DNA from: an uncultured Bacillota bacterium
Lineage (GTDB): Bacteria > Sysuimicrobiota > Sysuimicrobiia > Sysuimicrobiales > Segetimicrobiaceae
NCBI GenBank assembly: GCA_963804645.1
Contig: CAWDRG010000009.1
Coordinates: 96,001 to 160,000, forward strand
Reading direction: 5' to 3'
DNA length: 64,000 bases
Program-made: the position numbers and the translations under genes
Notes under the pieces: model-generated
What the model saw: only the letters and a program-made list of their open reading frames with translations
What the model was told of the DNA's origin: nothing
The model's database searches: none
Shown here: in pieces, positions 38,837-48,516 of the stretch
How positions within the stretch are numbered: the first letter of the stretch is position 1
Layout: every line of letters starts with the position of its first letter

Positions 38837-39163
38837 TTATGGGGTGTGTGGACCCGAAAGTTTGTTCGGGTTCGAGCCCTGCCCGTGATGCGTGAGCGAG
38901 TCCAGCACCATCTTGGCGAGACCGTTGTCCCCCCGCGATACCGCGTCCGCGAACCCCTGCTCCACGAGCCCTCCATAAATGTCCGCGCCGCCGGACGAGT
39001 CTCCCATCAGCGTGTCCGTCGGAAGGGCGGTATGGAGCACTTCCTGCCACAGCATGGAGGCAAAGTCCTCACTCGCCTTCACGAGCTTCGCGTCCGGTGC
39101 TGCGGGGGCCGAGGCCGCTGCGGGGACGGCGGGCCCCAAGCCGGCCGGCTCGACGGCGGCCAT
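38837..39163 (-). CDS. flgJ: FlgJ rod-capping protein (rod-binding domain only)
   Basis: KLVKASEDFASML...ADIYGGLVEQGFA...GLAKMVLDSL; follows flgI; no muramidase domain. Confidence 0.78.
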   Translation of the reverse strand: MAAVEPAGLGPAVPAAASAPAAPDAKLVKASEDFASMLWQEVLHTALPTDTLMGDSSGGADIYGGLVEQGFADAVSRGDNGLAKMVLDSLTHHGQGSNPNKLSGPHTP

Positions 39164-40287
39164 CAGATCACCTCCACGTCGGCCTGCAGGGCGCCGGCCC
39201 GCTGCAGCGACTCGATGATCGTGATGAGGTCGCGAGGCGGCACCCCCAGCGAGTTGAGCGCGGCGACAAGGTCGCTCAGCGTCGCCGCCCCGCCCACCAG
39301 CAGCATGGGTTTATTGCCCTGCTGCACCGAGATCTGCGCGTTCGGCACCGTCTGGGTCGTCCCGTTGCTGAAGGGCCCGGGCTGGCTGACCTGCGTCGTG
39401 TTCGTAATGATGACCTTGATCGAGCCGTTGGCGATCGCCGCGGGCATGAGATGGACGTCCCCCCCGGCCACGATCGTGCCGGTGCGCTCGTTGATGACGA
39501 CCTTGGCCGACACGTGCGGGGCGACGCGCAGTCCCAGCACCTGGCCGATCCACGCGTCGGGGGCCTCGGCCTGTGCCATCGGGGGCGTCACGATGATCGT
39601 CGTCGCGTCCTGGGCGACGGCCTGGCCGAGCCCCATTTGATTGATCGTCTGGGCGATGACGGCCGCGGTCTGGTAATCCGGGTTTCTCAGCGCGAACCGG
39701 ACGTCGCCGTGCTCGTCAACCGCGAGCGCGTCGTCAATCGGCGCGACCACGAGCCCGCCGGACGGCATCATGCCCACGGTCGGATGGTTGACCTGCACGC
39801 TCGACCCGGACTGCTGCGCGTTGAAGCCGCCGATGCTGAGCGCCCCCTGCGCCATCGCGTGCACCTGCCCGTCGAGACCCTGCAGCGGCGTTTGGAGCAG
39901 CACCCCGCCCTGCAGCGACGTGGCGTTGCCCATCGAGCTCACGGTCACCGCGAACCGCTGGCCGTCGGGCGCGAATGCCGGCAGCGACGACGTCACGACG
40001 ACCGCCGCCACGTTGCCGATGTTCATCTGTGACCCGCCCGGCACGTGGATGCCGAACCGCGCGAGCATGTTGGTCACCGTCTGCACGGTGTACGTTGCCT
40101 GGCTGCTGTCGCCCGTCCCGGCCAGACCGACCACGAGCCCGTAGCCCGCCAGGGGATGATCGTGCACGCCCGAGACCGTCGCCAGGCTGCCGACCTCCAC
40201 CCCGCTCTGGACCTGCGCCCATCCCGCGCCGGCGCCGAGCACCGCGACGAGCAGTCCCACTGCGCACCCTACCAGATGACGCCGCAT
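39163..40287 (-). CDS. flgI: Flagellar P-ring protein FlgI
   Basis: GYGLVVGLAGTGD, NVAAVVVT, SLQGGVLLQTPL, AKVVINERTGTIV, AGALQA; Sec signal. Confidence 0.93.
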   Translation of the reverse strand: MRRHLVGCAVGLLVAVLGAGAGWAQVQSGVEVGSLATVSGVHDHPLAGYGLVVGLAGTGDSSQATYTVQTVTNMLARFGIHVPGGSQMNIGNVAAVVVTSSLPAFAPDGQRFAVTVSSMGNATSLQGGVLLQTPLQGLDGQVHAMAQGALSIGGFNAQQSGSSVQVNHPTVGMMPSGGLVVAPIDDALAVDEHGDVRFALRNPDYQTAAVIAQTINQMGLGQAVAQDATTIIVTPPMAQAEAPDAWIGQVLGLRVAPHVSAKVVINERTGTIVAGGDVHLMPAAIANGSIKVIITNTTQVSQPGPFSNGTTQTVPNAQISVQQGNKPMLLVGGAATLSDLVAALNSLGVPPRDLITIIESLQRAGALQADVEVI

Positions 40288-40363
40288 GATCGATCCTCCT
40301 CGTCCCATTTCACGTGCTCCGCCCGAGCGCGCCGCGGCCTGCGCCGAAGCGCGGCGGGATCGC

Positions 40364-40942
40364 TCACAGCGCCGGGATCAGCTTCAAGATGATGCCGACG
40401 CCGAACGCGATCGCCAGCGCATCCCAGATGGTGAATCGCTGGACGGTCGTGAGGTGGCCGGTCATCGTCGCCACCACGTCCGCCAGCCGCGAGCCCTGGA
40501 CCGAATCGTCGGACCCGAGGTCCTGCGCGCGCAGCACCCCGGTAATCGTGATCGTCTGCAGGTTCCCGTCGAGCCTGAACTGGCGCGAGCCCTGCACCGT
40601 CATCAGTCCGCCGGGCGCGATGCCCGTGACGCGCATCGCGAAGTCGCCCGTCAGGGCGTTCTGCCAGGTCGTCGCCGAGCCCTGAGTGGTCTGCAGCCCC
40701 TGCGACACAAAGATGCTGACCAACGGCGAGTTCGTCGTCGTGGTCGACGTCCCGTTCACCGTCGCCTGAACCGACGACGAGGTCAGGTGCACCAGCACGA
40801 TGTCGCCGACCGCGCTGGCGATGGGGTCGACAAACAAACTCCCCGCCGGCGGCGCGTCGGGATTCGCGCCCCAGGCGGGCGCCCCGCCGAGCAGCACGCA
40901 CAGCACGAGTGCGATCCACCCATATCCCCGCAACATCCTCAT
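40364..40942 (-). CDS. flgH: Flagellar L-ring protein FlgH (atypical)
   Basis: SLFVD...VGDIVLV and RVTGIAPGGLMTVQGSRQFRLDG...ITGVLRAQD..SRLAD; lies between flgA and flgI. Confidence 0.78.
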   Translation of the reverse strand: MRMLRGYGWIALVLCVLLGGAPAWGANPDAPPAGSLFVDPIASAVGDIVLVHLTSSSVQATVNGTSTTTTNSPLVSIFVSQGLQTTQGSATTWQNALTGDFAMRVTGIAPGGLMTVQGSRQFRLDGNLQTITITGVLRAQDLGSDDSVQGSRLADVVATMTGHLTTVQRFTIWDALAIAFGVGIILKLIPAL

Positions 40943-40964
40943 CCCTCCGATCGCTCCCGCCGCC

Positions 40965-41951
40965 TCAGGGCAGCGAGAGTTCCACAGTATCGGTGCCGGT
41001 GACCCGACCGGTCACGGTCACCCCGGTCGACAGGATCTTGACGGGCACCATCTGCCCGACCACGGCGTCGTCCTGCGCCTGCCCCTCGGCGCTGATCCAC
41101 AGCGTGCCGCGCTGCACCACGACCGTGACCATCGCGCCGCGCTGCACGGCGGGCATCGGCGCGACCATCTGACGGGTCAGGACCGTTCCCGCGGGGATCG
41201 ACTGCGTGGTCCACATCTCCGCGACCGCCGCGGGATCGTGAAACGAGCTCACGTTGGGCGTGGTGGTCGTATGCACTTCCAGACGCACCGCCGACGGACC
41301 GATCGCCGTGTGGTACGGCAGCGCGTCGACCGTGACGAGCACCGACGCGCGCAGCCCGATCTCGATCGGGATCATCGCCGTCCGCAAGAGCGTGCCGTCC
41401 TCCATCACGCGGATCCCCACCGTGACGATGCCGAGTCCGACCGATGGGGGCAGGATCGGAGCCAGCGTCCACGGCCTCGCCGGCACCACCACGGCGTCCG
41501 GCTGCGTCATCGGGGTCACCACGTAGGCGGCGTCGGCCCCCGGCGGCGGCAGCGCGTCTTCCACCGCCTTGGTCGCCGCCGCGACCAGCCGGTCCGCGGG
41601 GATCGTTTCGGCGGGCGTCGTGACGACGCACGCGTCCGCCCCGGCCCACGCGACATCGCGGATGCCCATGCCGGTGAGCACGGCCGCGATCTGCCCGCGC
41701 GTCAGCACCTCCTGCCTGCCCGCGAGCGGCGCGGTGGCGAGCCCCATCGCGCCGAGCCCGTCGGGCACGGTCCCCGTGAACTGCACGCAGTCCGACAGCC
41801 GCACCACGGACCTGACCGCGGCGACCCGCGCCACCACGGTCGCCGTCAGCCCCTCGGTCCCGCCCGCCGGAACTCCGCTCAGGGCGGCGACCGCGACGAC
41901 CGTCGCGAGGCCGCCCGCGATCCCGCGCGCCCACCCGCGATGGGTACCCAT
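40965..41951 (-). CDS. flgA: P-ring assembly chaperone FlgA
   Basis: Signal peptide; C-terminal SAF-like VQRGAMVTV..ISAEGQA.DDAVVGQMVPVK..TG. Confidence 0.85.
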   Translation of the reverse strand: MGTHRGWARGIAGGLATVVAVAALSGVPAGGTEGLTATVVARVAAVRSVVRLSDCVQFTGTVPDGLGAMGLATAPLAGRQEVLTRGQIAAVLTGMGIRDVAWAGADACVVTTPAETIPADRLVAAATKAVEDALPPPGADAAYVVTPMTQPDAVVVPARPWTLAPILPPSVGLGIVTVGIRVMEDGTLLRTAMIPIEIGLRASVLVTVDALPYHTAIGPSAVRLEVHTTTTPNVSSFHDPAAVAEMWTTQSIPAGTVLTRQMVAPMPAVQRGAMVTVVVQRGTLWISAEGQAQDDAVVGQMVPVKILSTGVTVTGRVTGTDTVELSLP

Positions 41952-41953
41952 GG

Positions 41954-42739
41954 CTATCCGTTCATCTGGTTGGCCATCTGCAGCATCTGGTCGCCGGTGG
42001 ACACGACCTTGGCCATCGCCTCGTACGCGCGCTCCGCGTCGATCAGCGAGACCATCTCGTTGGTTAGGCTGACATTGGACCCCTCGACGTAGCCCTGCGA
42101 CAGGGTGCCGAGACCCTGCTGTCCCGGGGTGGCGACCAGCGGGGCGCCGCTCGCCTGCGTCGCCGTGAACAGGTTCTGCCCCTGCGCGGCGAGCCCGGCC
42201 GGGTTCTGGAATTCCGCGAGCTGCAGCTGCCCGACCGTCTGCGGGGCCGTCTGCCCCGACACGGTCACCGAGACGGTGCCGTCGGCCCCGATCGCGATCG
42301 ACGTGGCGTTCTGCGGGATCGTGATCGCCGGCTGGACGAGGTACCCGTCCGCGGTCAGCAGCTGGCCCGTGCCGCTGAGCTGGAACGAACCGTCGCGCGT
42401 GTAGCCGACGGTCCCGTCGGGCAGCGTGACCTGGAAGAACCCGGCCCCGGAGATCGCCAGGTTCGTCTGGCTGCCGGTCTGCTGCAGGCTGCCCTGGGTA
42501 AACACCCGGCTCGTGGCCGCGAGCTTCGTCCCGAGTCCGACCTCCACGCCGGTCGGCACGACGCTTCCGCCCGGCGCCGTCGTCCCCGGCGCGCTCTGGG
42601 TCTGGTACACGAGGTCCTGGAACGTCGCGTTCGCCGCCTTGAACCCCGGCGTGTTCATGTTGGCGAGGTTGTTCGCGATGACGTCGAGCCGGGTCTGTTC
42701 CCCCGTCATGCCGGTGCTTGCCGTCAGCAGTGCCTGCAT
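41954..42739 (-). CDS. flgG: Distal rod protein FlgG
   Basis: ANNLANMNTPGFK, FQDLVYQ, YTRDGSF, NPAGL..GQNLF, EGSNV. Confidence 0.92.
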   Translation of the reverse strand: MQALLTASTGMTGEQTRLDVIANNLANMNTPGFKAANATFQDLVYQTQSAPGTTAPGGSVVPTGVEVGLGTKLAATSRVFTQGSLQQTGSQTNLAISGAGFFQVTLPDGTVGYTRDGSFQLSGTGQLLTADGYLVQPAITIPQNATSIAIGADGTVSVTVSGQTAPQTVGQLQLAEFQNPAGLAAQGQNLFTATQASGAPLVATPGQQGLGTLSQGYVEGSNVSLTNEMVSLIDAERAYEAMAKVVSTGDQMLQMANQMNG

Positions 42740-42758
42740 CGTCTCTCTCCTCCTCGTC

Positions 42759-43517
42759 CTAAGAGACCAGGCCGACGTTCGAGGTGGCCAGGTTCTTGGT
42801 TTGGTCGTCCAACTGCAGCCCTTGCGTCAACTCTTGGTACACCCGCAGCACGGTGATGAGCCGCACCATCTGCTCGACCGACGACACGTTGGACATCTCG
42901 AGCGATCCCTGAATGACGGTCGGGGGCGTGGCCGGCGGCACGATCGGCGCCGTGCTCTGGTACAGCGACCCGCCGAGCGGCACGAGGGCGAGCGGCGCCG
43001 GCGGCGCCGCGAACTGGAACTGTCCCACCGGCACGTTGTCGGCGCTGACGGTCCCGTCGGACGCCACCTTGATCACCTTCGTGTTCTGCGGGATGAGAAT
43101 CGGCCCGTTCGCGCCCATCACCGGATCGCCGTTCGACGTGACGATCTGGCCGGTCGTATCGACGCGGAACGAGCCGCTGCGCGTGAGCGCGGCCCCCGTG
43201 GGGCCGGTCGCGACGATGAAATACCCCTGACCCTGCAGCGCGAGGTCGAGCGGGTTGCCCGTCGGCTGGAGCGTCCCGGGCTGCTGGCTCACGGACACCA
43301 CGAGCCCCGCCGGCATCCCCTCCACCGTGCCGAGGGATGCCACCCCGTCGTCCGACGAGCGAAGCATCTCAGTCGGCTGCCCGCCCATCACCGTCATCAT
43401 CATGGACTGAAACCCCGGCGTGTTGACGTTCGACAGGTTGTTGGCCACGACGTCGATCATCTGCTCCAGCATGTTGATCGAGCCCCCGGTCGCCCCCGCA
43501 GCCGTCGTTCCGCTCAT
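42759..43517 (-). CDS. flgF: Rod protein FlgF/FlhO
   Basis: ANNLSNVNTPGF, TGNPLDLAL.G.GYF, TRSGSF, QGSLEMSNV. Confidence 0.85.
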   Translation of the reverse strand: MSGTTAAGATGGSINMLEQMIDVVANNLSNVNTPGFQSMMMTVMGGQPTEMLRSSDDGVASLGTVEGMPAGLVVSVSQQPGTLQPTGNPLDLALQGQGYFIVATGPTGAALTRSGSFRVDTTGQIVTSNGDPVMGANGPILIPQNTKVIKVASDGTVSADNVPVGQFQFAAPPAPLALVPLGGSLYQSTAPIVPPATPPTVIQGSLEMSNVSSVEQMVRLITVLRVYQELTQGLQLDDQTKNLATSNVGLVS

Positions 43518-44179
43518 GCGTCCCCTCCTTCTCCCGCGCCGCCCAGCGCTTCCGCGAGCGTGCGCAGAATGCGCTGGTGCCGGCGTCCGATCGTCGGCTT
43601 CGTGCTGCCCACCACGTGCGCGATCTCCTCGTAGGTCAGTTCCTGCGTCCAATAGAGCCCGAGCAGCTGCTGGTCTTCCAACGGCAGCTTGCCGATCGCC
43701 TCGGCGAGCTTGCCGGCCATCACCGACTGGACCGCCGCGGCCTCGGTCGGCGCGGGATCGATGTCGATCTGCTGGCGCAGCCGGTCCCAGAGCGCCACCT
43801 CCTCCACGCACGAGGTGGCCGACCCCTCGTCTCCACCCGCCTCGGCGTGCTCCGCGTCGCCGTCCGACGCGTCCGAGGCGGCGTCCTGGCGCGGCGCCGG
43901 CTGGCGCGGACCCGCGCGCCGCAGCTGCTGGCGCACGTAGTCGAGCACGCGCCAGCGGATCCGGCGGATCGCAAACGGCTCCAGCGGCCCGTTCTGCGAC
44001 GGATCGTACGCCCGAATCGCCTCGAGCAGCGCCACCGCCGCCTCTTGATCGAGGTCGTCGTAGGTCAGCACCCCGTCCGCGTAGGAGAAGTACCGCCGGA
44101 CGACGCGCTTCGCCATCGGCAGGTACTTGGCGACCAGCGCCGATTCATCGATCCGCACGTACTCGCCGACGCCGGGCAT
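43514..44179 (-). CDS. fliA: Flagellar sigma factor, FliA/WhiG-like, divergent
   Basis: C-terminal part of ORF 43514..46111. Region 2: DDLDQEA..ALLEAIRAYDPS..FAIRRIR..LDYVR; region 4: LP..QQLLGLYW.QELTYEEIA. Confidence 0.8.
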   Translation of the reverse strand: MPGVGEYVRIDESALVAKYLPMAKRVVRRYFSYADGVLTYDDLDQEAAVALLEAIRAYDPSQNGPLEPFAIRRIRWRVLDYVRQQLRRAGPRQPAPRQDAASDASDGDAEHAEAGGDEGSATSCVEEVALWDRLRQQIDIDPAPTEAAAVQSVMAGKLAEAIGKLPLEDQQLLGLYWTQELTYEEIAHVVGSTKPTIGRRHQRILRTLAEALGGAGEGGDA

Positions 44180-46332
44180 CAGGGCACCGAGATCATCCCG
44201 AAGGAATTGAGCGCGACGTCCGCCGCGAGCTCCTCGTACGCCATGATCGGCAGCCCGGGCACCCGCGCGGACACCAGCTTCCGCAGCGTGCTGCGGATCG
44301 ACCCCGGCACCAGGAGCACCGGGGAGACGCCCTTCGCCGCCGCGCTCGCGCGCGCGGCGACCAGCTGATCGCTCAGCACCGTGACCTCCTTCAGCCCGAG
44401 CCCCAGCAGCGGCTTGTGCTGGTCCTGCGCCTGCCGGAACCGGTCCTGCACCGCCGGGTCGAGCATCAGCACCGGCAGCTTCCGGTCCGCGCCCAGGTAC
44501 GACTGCCACAGCGCCGGCCCAAGCTGGCGCCGAGCCATCTCGACGAGATCGGCCGGGTCCTTCTGGTTGGCGTTGACCCCATCGGCCACCGCCTCGATGA
44601 TGCGGACGAGCGACCGCACCGGGATCTGCTCGGCCAGCAGGCCCTGGAGCACGCGCTGAAGCGTGCCGAGCGACACGATCTTCGGCACGACCTCGTCGAG
44701 CAGCACGGCGTGCTGACCGCGGAGCCGCTCCACCATGTCGCGGGTCGTCTGGCGCGTCATCAGATCCGGGGCGTGCCGGCGCAGCAGCTCGACCATGTGG
44801 GTGGCGATGACCACCGTCGGGGGCACCAGCAGGTACCCCGCCCGCTCGACGTCGTCCTTGATCGCCTGATCGACCCACACCGCGGGCCCGCCGAACGTGG
44901 GATCCTTCGCCTGCAGGCCCTCGATGGCCGGCGGGTTGGGGACCGTCGGAATGGCCATGATCCGGTTGGGGTAGACCTCGCCCCGGCCGACCTCGGCCCC
45001 CCACAGCGTCACCGCGTAGGTGCGCGCGCCGAGCGTCGCGACGTCCCGGATCCTGATCGTCGGGACCAGCACGGCGAGCTGCTGCGTCACCTGACGGCGC
45101 GCCAGCACCATGCGGTCCGCCAGGTCCCCCTGCGTCACGAGCGTCGCCAGCGACGGCGCCAGCAGCAGTTCGATCGGCTCGACCACGAGCAGCGATTCCA
45201 TCGCCTGCGGCGATCCGAGGTCCGCGGGCGCGGGGGCCGCGGCCGGCGCGGCTTTCGGCTGACGCCGCCGCGCGTTGCCCGCCACGATCAGCCCGACGGC
45301 GAACAGGAGAAAGACCACCTTCGGCATGCCCGGGATGAGGGCGATCACGCCGACCATGGCCCCGGCGAGCGATAGCGCCTGCGGCCGCGCGGTGATCTGC
45401 GCCACCGCCTCGGCGCCCAGCTCCTCGCGGGACGCCGCGCGCGTCACCAACAGTCCGCTCGCCATGCCCATCAGCAGCGCGGGGACCTGGACCGCGAGCC
45501 CGGCGCCCACCGTGAGCACCGTGAGGGCCTGCGCCGCGTCCTGAATCGGCTGGCCGCGCATGAACGCCGCGATCGCGATGCCGCCGACGAGATCGATCAG
45601 CACGATCACCGCGCTCGCGACCGCGTCGCCGCGCACGAACTTCCCCGCGCCGTCCATCGCGCCGTAGAAGTCCGCCTGCTGCTCGATCGCGCGGCGGCGG
45701 GTGCGCGCGACGTCCTCCGTGATCACCCCGGCGTTGAGATCGGCGTCGATCGCCATCTGCTTGCCGGGCATCGCGTCGAGCGTGAACCGGGCCGCGACCT
45801 CGGCGATCCGGCTCGCGCCGCTGCTGATCACGACGAACTGGACGATCATCACGATCAGGAACAGCACGAACCCGACGATGGCGTTGCCGCCCATCACGAC
45901 GTTCCCGAACGCGGCGATGAGGCTGCCGGCGCTGCCCTGGAGCAGGATGAGCCGCGTCAGCCCGATGTTGACGGCGAGGCGGAACACCGAGCTCATGAGC
46001 AGGACGGACGGGAACACCGAGAACTGCAGCGGGTCCGTCGTGTACGCGGCCACGAACATCACGAGCACCGACACCGCGATGTTCGCCGCCACCAGCAGGT
46101 CGATGATCCACGGGGCCAGCGGCGCCAGGATCAGCAGCGTGACCAGCAGGGCCGCGCCGCCGACGAGGACGTCGCCGAGCCGGCGCCCCGCCGTCTTGGC
46201 CGGAGTGGCGCCCGGCGCGGCGGCCGGACGCGCGGTACGGGCGGGGCGCACCTCTCGCGTCCGCGGCGCCTGCCGTCCCGGCGATCCGCCCACGCCGCTC
46301 ACGCCGGCCGACTCCGGCACGACGCTAGCCAC
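44179..46332 (-). CDS. flhA: Flagellar export gate protein FlhA
   Basis: RIAEVAARFTLDAMPGKQMAIDADL, FYGAMDGAGKFVRGD; start approximate. Confidence 0.95.
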   Translation of the reverse strand: MASVVPESAGVSGVGGSPGRQAPRTREVRPARTARPAAAPGATPAKTAGRRLGDVLVGGAALLVTLLILAPLAPWIIDLLVAANIAVSVLVMFVAAYTTDPLQFSVFPSVLLMSSVFRLAVNIGLTRLILLQGSAGSLIAAFGNVVMGGNAIVGFVLFLIVMIVQFVVISSGASRIAEVAARFTLDAMPGKQMAIDADLNAGVITEDVARTRRRAIEQQADFYGAMDGAGKFVRGDAVASAVIVLIDLVGGIAIAAFMRGQPIQDAAQALTVLTVGAGLAVQVPALLMGMASGLLVTRAASREELGAEAVAQITARPQALSLAGAMVGVIALIPGMPKVVFLLFAVGLIVAGNARRRQPKAAPAAAPAPADLGSPQAMESLLVVEPIELLLAPSLATLVTQGDLADRMVLARRQVTQQLAVLVPTIRIRDVATLGARTYAVTLWGAEVGRGEVYPNRIMAIPTVPNPPAIEGLQAKDPTFGGPAVWVDQAIKDDVERAGYLLVPPTVVIATHMVELLRRHAPDLMTRQTTRDMVERLRGQHAVLLDEVVPKIVSLGTLQRVLQGLLAEQIPVRSLVRIIEAVADGVNANQKDPADLVEMARRQLGPALWQSYLGADRKLPVLMLDPAVQDRFRQAQDQHKPLLGLGLKEVTVLSDQLVAARASAAAKGVSPVLLVPGSIRSTLRKLVSARVPGLPIMAYEELAADVALNSFGMISVP

Positions 46333-47386
46333 GGGCCGCCTCCGCCCGCGCCGTGCGATAGATCCAGCCCAGGACCTCGGCGACGGCGCGGTACAGCCGC
46401 GGCGGGATGAACTGTCCGACCTCGACGCTGGCATACAGCGCCCGGGCGAGCGGGGGTTCGGGGTGGATCGGCACGCCGGCGCGCCACGCCACCGCGCGGA
46501 TGCGCGCGGCGACGTGCCCCTGGCCCTTCGCGACGACCTGCGGCGCGGCGAGGCCCGCCTCGTAGCGCAGGGCGACCGCCACTTCGGTCGGGTTGGTGAT
46601 CACGACGGCCGCCGTCGGCACCGCGTGCATCATGCGCGCACGCGCGATCGCGCGCGCCCGGGCGCGGCGCCGGGACTTCCAGTACGGGTCGCCTTCGGTC
46701 TCTTTGAGATCCTCGCGGACCTCCTGGCGCGTCATCCGCAGCTCACGCTCGACCCGGAACCGCTGCCACGCGTAGTCCGCCGCCATGATGATCGCGCCGA
46801 CGGCGAACAGCCGCGCGAGGAGCGGCCCCGCGACCGCGCGCAGCACCTGCCAGACGCCGTCCGGCGACGCCAGCTCGCCGGCCGTGGCCCGGTTGAGGAT
46901 GTCCCGCAGGCCGGCCTTCAGCAGCAGCCCGACGACCACGCTGATCGCGGCCATCCGCAGCACCTCGACCGCGATCCGCGCGGACACGAGGCGCTTGAAC
47001 CCCGCGAGCGGATTCATCCGCGAGAGCTGCGGCTGCAGGACCGCGGGGGCGGCGCGCCCGCCGGTCTGAGCCAACCCCAGCGCGAGCGCCCCGGCGCACG
47101 CGCCGGCCGTCACCACGGCCACCGGGATCGCCGCGGTCCACAACGCGGTCCGCACCCACCCCATCGCCCACGGGATGCCGGGATCCGCGGGCACCGGAAG
47201 AGACGGCTGCGTGATCGCCCGCTCGAGCCAGCCCCATACCCAGCCACCTCCGAGCGCGAGCATGCCGAGCGCCCCGCCGACGGCTCCCACGGCCGTGGCC
47301 ATCCCGGTCCGTGCGATCTTGCCCTCCGTCTGCGCGCGCTGCCGCCGCCGCGGGGTGGGGGCCTCGGTGCGATCGCCGAGCGACAT
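46325..47386 (-). CDS. flhB: Flagellar export switch protein FlhB
   Basis: RTEAPTPRR, RMNPLAG, MTRQEVRED.KETEGDP, ITNPTE, PPLARALY. Confidence 0.93.
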   Translation of the reverse strand: MSLGDRTEAPTPRRRQRAQTEGKIARTGMATAVGAVGGALGMLALGGGWVWGWLERAITQPSLPVPADPGIPWAMGWVRTALWTAAIPVAVVTAGACAGALALGLAQTGGRAAPAVLQPQLSRMNPLAGFKRLVSARIAVEVLRMAAISVVVGLLLKAGLRDILNRATAGELASPDGVWQVLRAVAGPLLARLFAVGAIIMAADYAWQRFRVERELRMTRQEVREDLKETEGDPYWKSRRRARARAIARARMMHAVPTAAVVITNPTEVAVALRYEAGLAAPQVVAKGQGHVAARIRAVAWRAGVPIHPEPPLARALYASVEVGQFIPPRLYRAVAEVLGWIYRTARAEAARG

Positions 47387-47456
47387 CAGCGGCTCACCGC
47401 CGCCGAGGATCCCGCCTCGCCGCGCCGAGCGGTGCCGGCCGCACGCCGCACGCGCG

Positions 47457-48224
47457 TCACGGGACCACCAGCTGCCGGGCGGACCCGATGATCTCACCCA
47501 GGCCGCCGAGCAGCCGGCCTTCGAGCGCGAGGGTCACGGCCACGGTGATCGTGACCGCGATCAGCGCGGTGCCGAGCTCCGCGGGCAGCGCCGCCATGTA
47601 CAGCGCGTTCTGCGCGGTCAGCCGGCCCGCCACGGCCAGGGTCAGGTTGACGACGAAGAGGGAGAGCAGCACGGGGGCCGCGAGCGTGAGGGCCACCCCG
47701 ACCAGCCGACCCACCATCGCCACCACGGCGAGGCCGGGCCGGGCCGGCAGGCTGCCCGTCAGCGGGATCGTGGCAAAGCTGTCGCCGAGGGCGTGGATCC
47801 ACTGTTCCAGCCCGCCGCCGCCGAAGAACAGGAGCGCCAACATTAAAGGATAGATCTGCCCGAGGCTCGTCGCGGACGGCCCGCCGCCGGCTCCTAGAAT
47901 GCCCGCGGGGTTCAGGCCCACGGCGAGTTCAGCGATCGACCCGGCCATCTCGGCCGCGCTCCACAGCAGGCTGATCGCGAATCCGAACACGAGCCCGAGC
48001 GCGAGGTTCCACGCGATCCCGCCGACCAACCCGCCGGTCGTGGTCGGCACCGCGAGCCCCCGATGCAGCAGGTCCGGCGTCAGCGCGAATCCGATCGCGG
48101 CGGCCAGGGCGGCGCGAAACTGGATCGGCAGCACCTCGGCGCCGATCCACCCCGGCGCCGCGAAGATCCCCATCGCGCGGGATGCGGCCAGGACGAACAT
48201 CGTCAGTTCGGTCATCGGGGCCAT
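47457..48224 (-). CDS. fliR: FliR
   Basis: Hydrophobic 255 aa between fliQ and flhB; AEMAG, LAAP..LF. Confidence 0.85.
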   Translation of the reverse strand: MAPMTELTMFVLAASRAMGIFAAPGWIGAEVLPIQFRAALAAAIGFALTPDLLHRGLAVPTTTGGLVGGIAWNLALGLVFGFAISLLWSAAEMAGSIAELAVGLNPAGILGAGGGPSATSLGQIYPLMLALLFFGGGGLEQWIHALGDSFATIPLTGSLPARPGLAVVAMVGRLVGVALTLAAPVLLSLFVVNLTLAVAGRLTAQNALYMAALPAELGTALIAVTITVAVTLALEGRLLGGLGEIIGSARQLVVP

Positions 48225-48228
48225 CGGG

Positions 48229-48501
48229 TCACCGCACCGCCACGGTCCCCAGCATGTCGAGAATGCCGGACGCGAAATGCACCATCGTCGCGAGCATCCA
48301 GCCGCCGAAGATCACGACCGCCGCGGCGACCGCCAAGAGGCGCGGCAGGTACGTCACGGTCGGATCCTGCAGCTGCATCGCGGCCTGCAAAATGCTCGTC
48401 GTGAGCCCCACCGTCAGCATCATGCCGAGCAGCGGCGCGAGCACCTCCGCCACCACCACGAGCATCCGCACGAACAGCGTCAACACCGCCCCGTCGGTCA
48501 T
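48229..48501 (-). CDS. fliQ: FliQ
   Basis: VGL.TSILQAAMQLQDPTVTYLPRL. Confidence 0.9.
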   Translation of the reverse strand: MTDGAVLTLFVRMLVVVAEVLAPLLGMMLTVGLTTSILQAAMQLQDPTVTYLPRLLAVAAAVVIFGGWMLATMVHFASGILDMLGTVAVR

Positions 48502-48516
48502 GCGCGTCTCCTCTCC

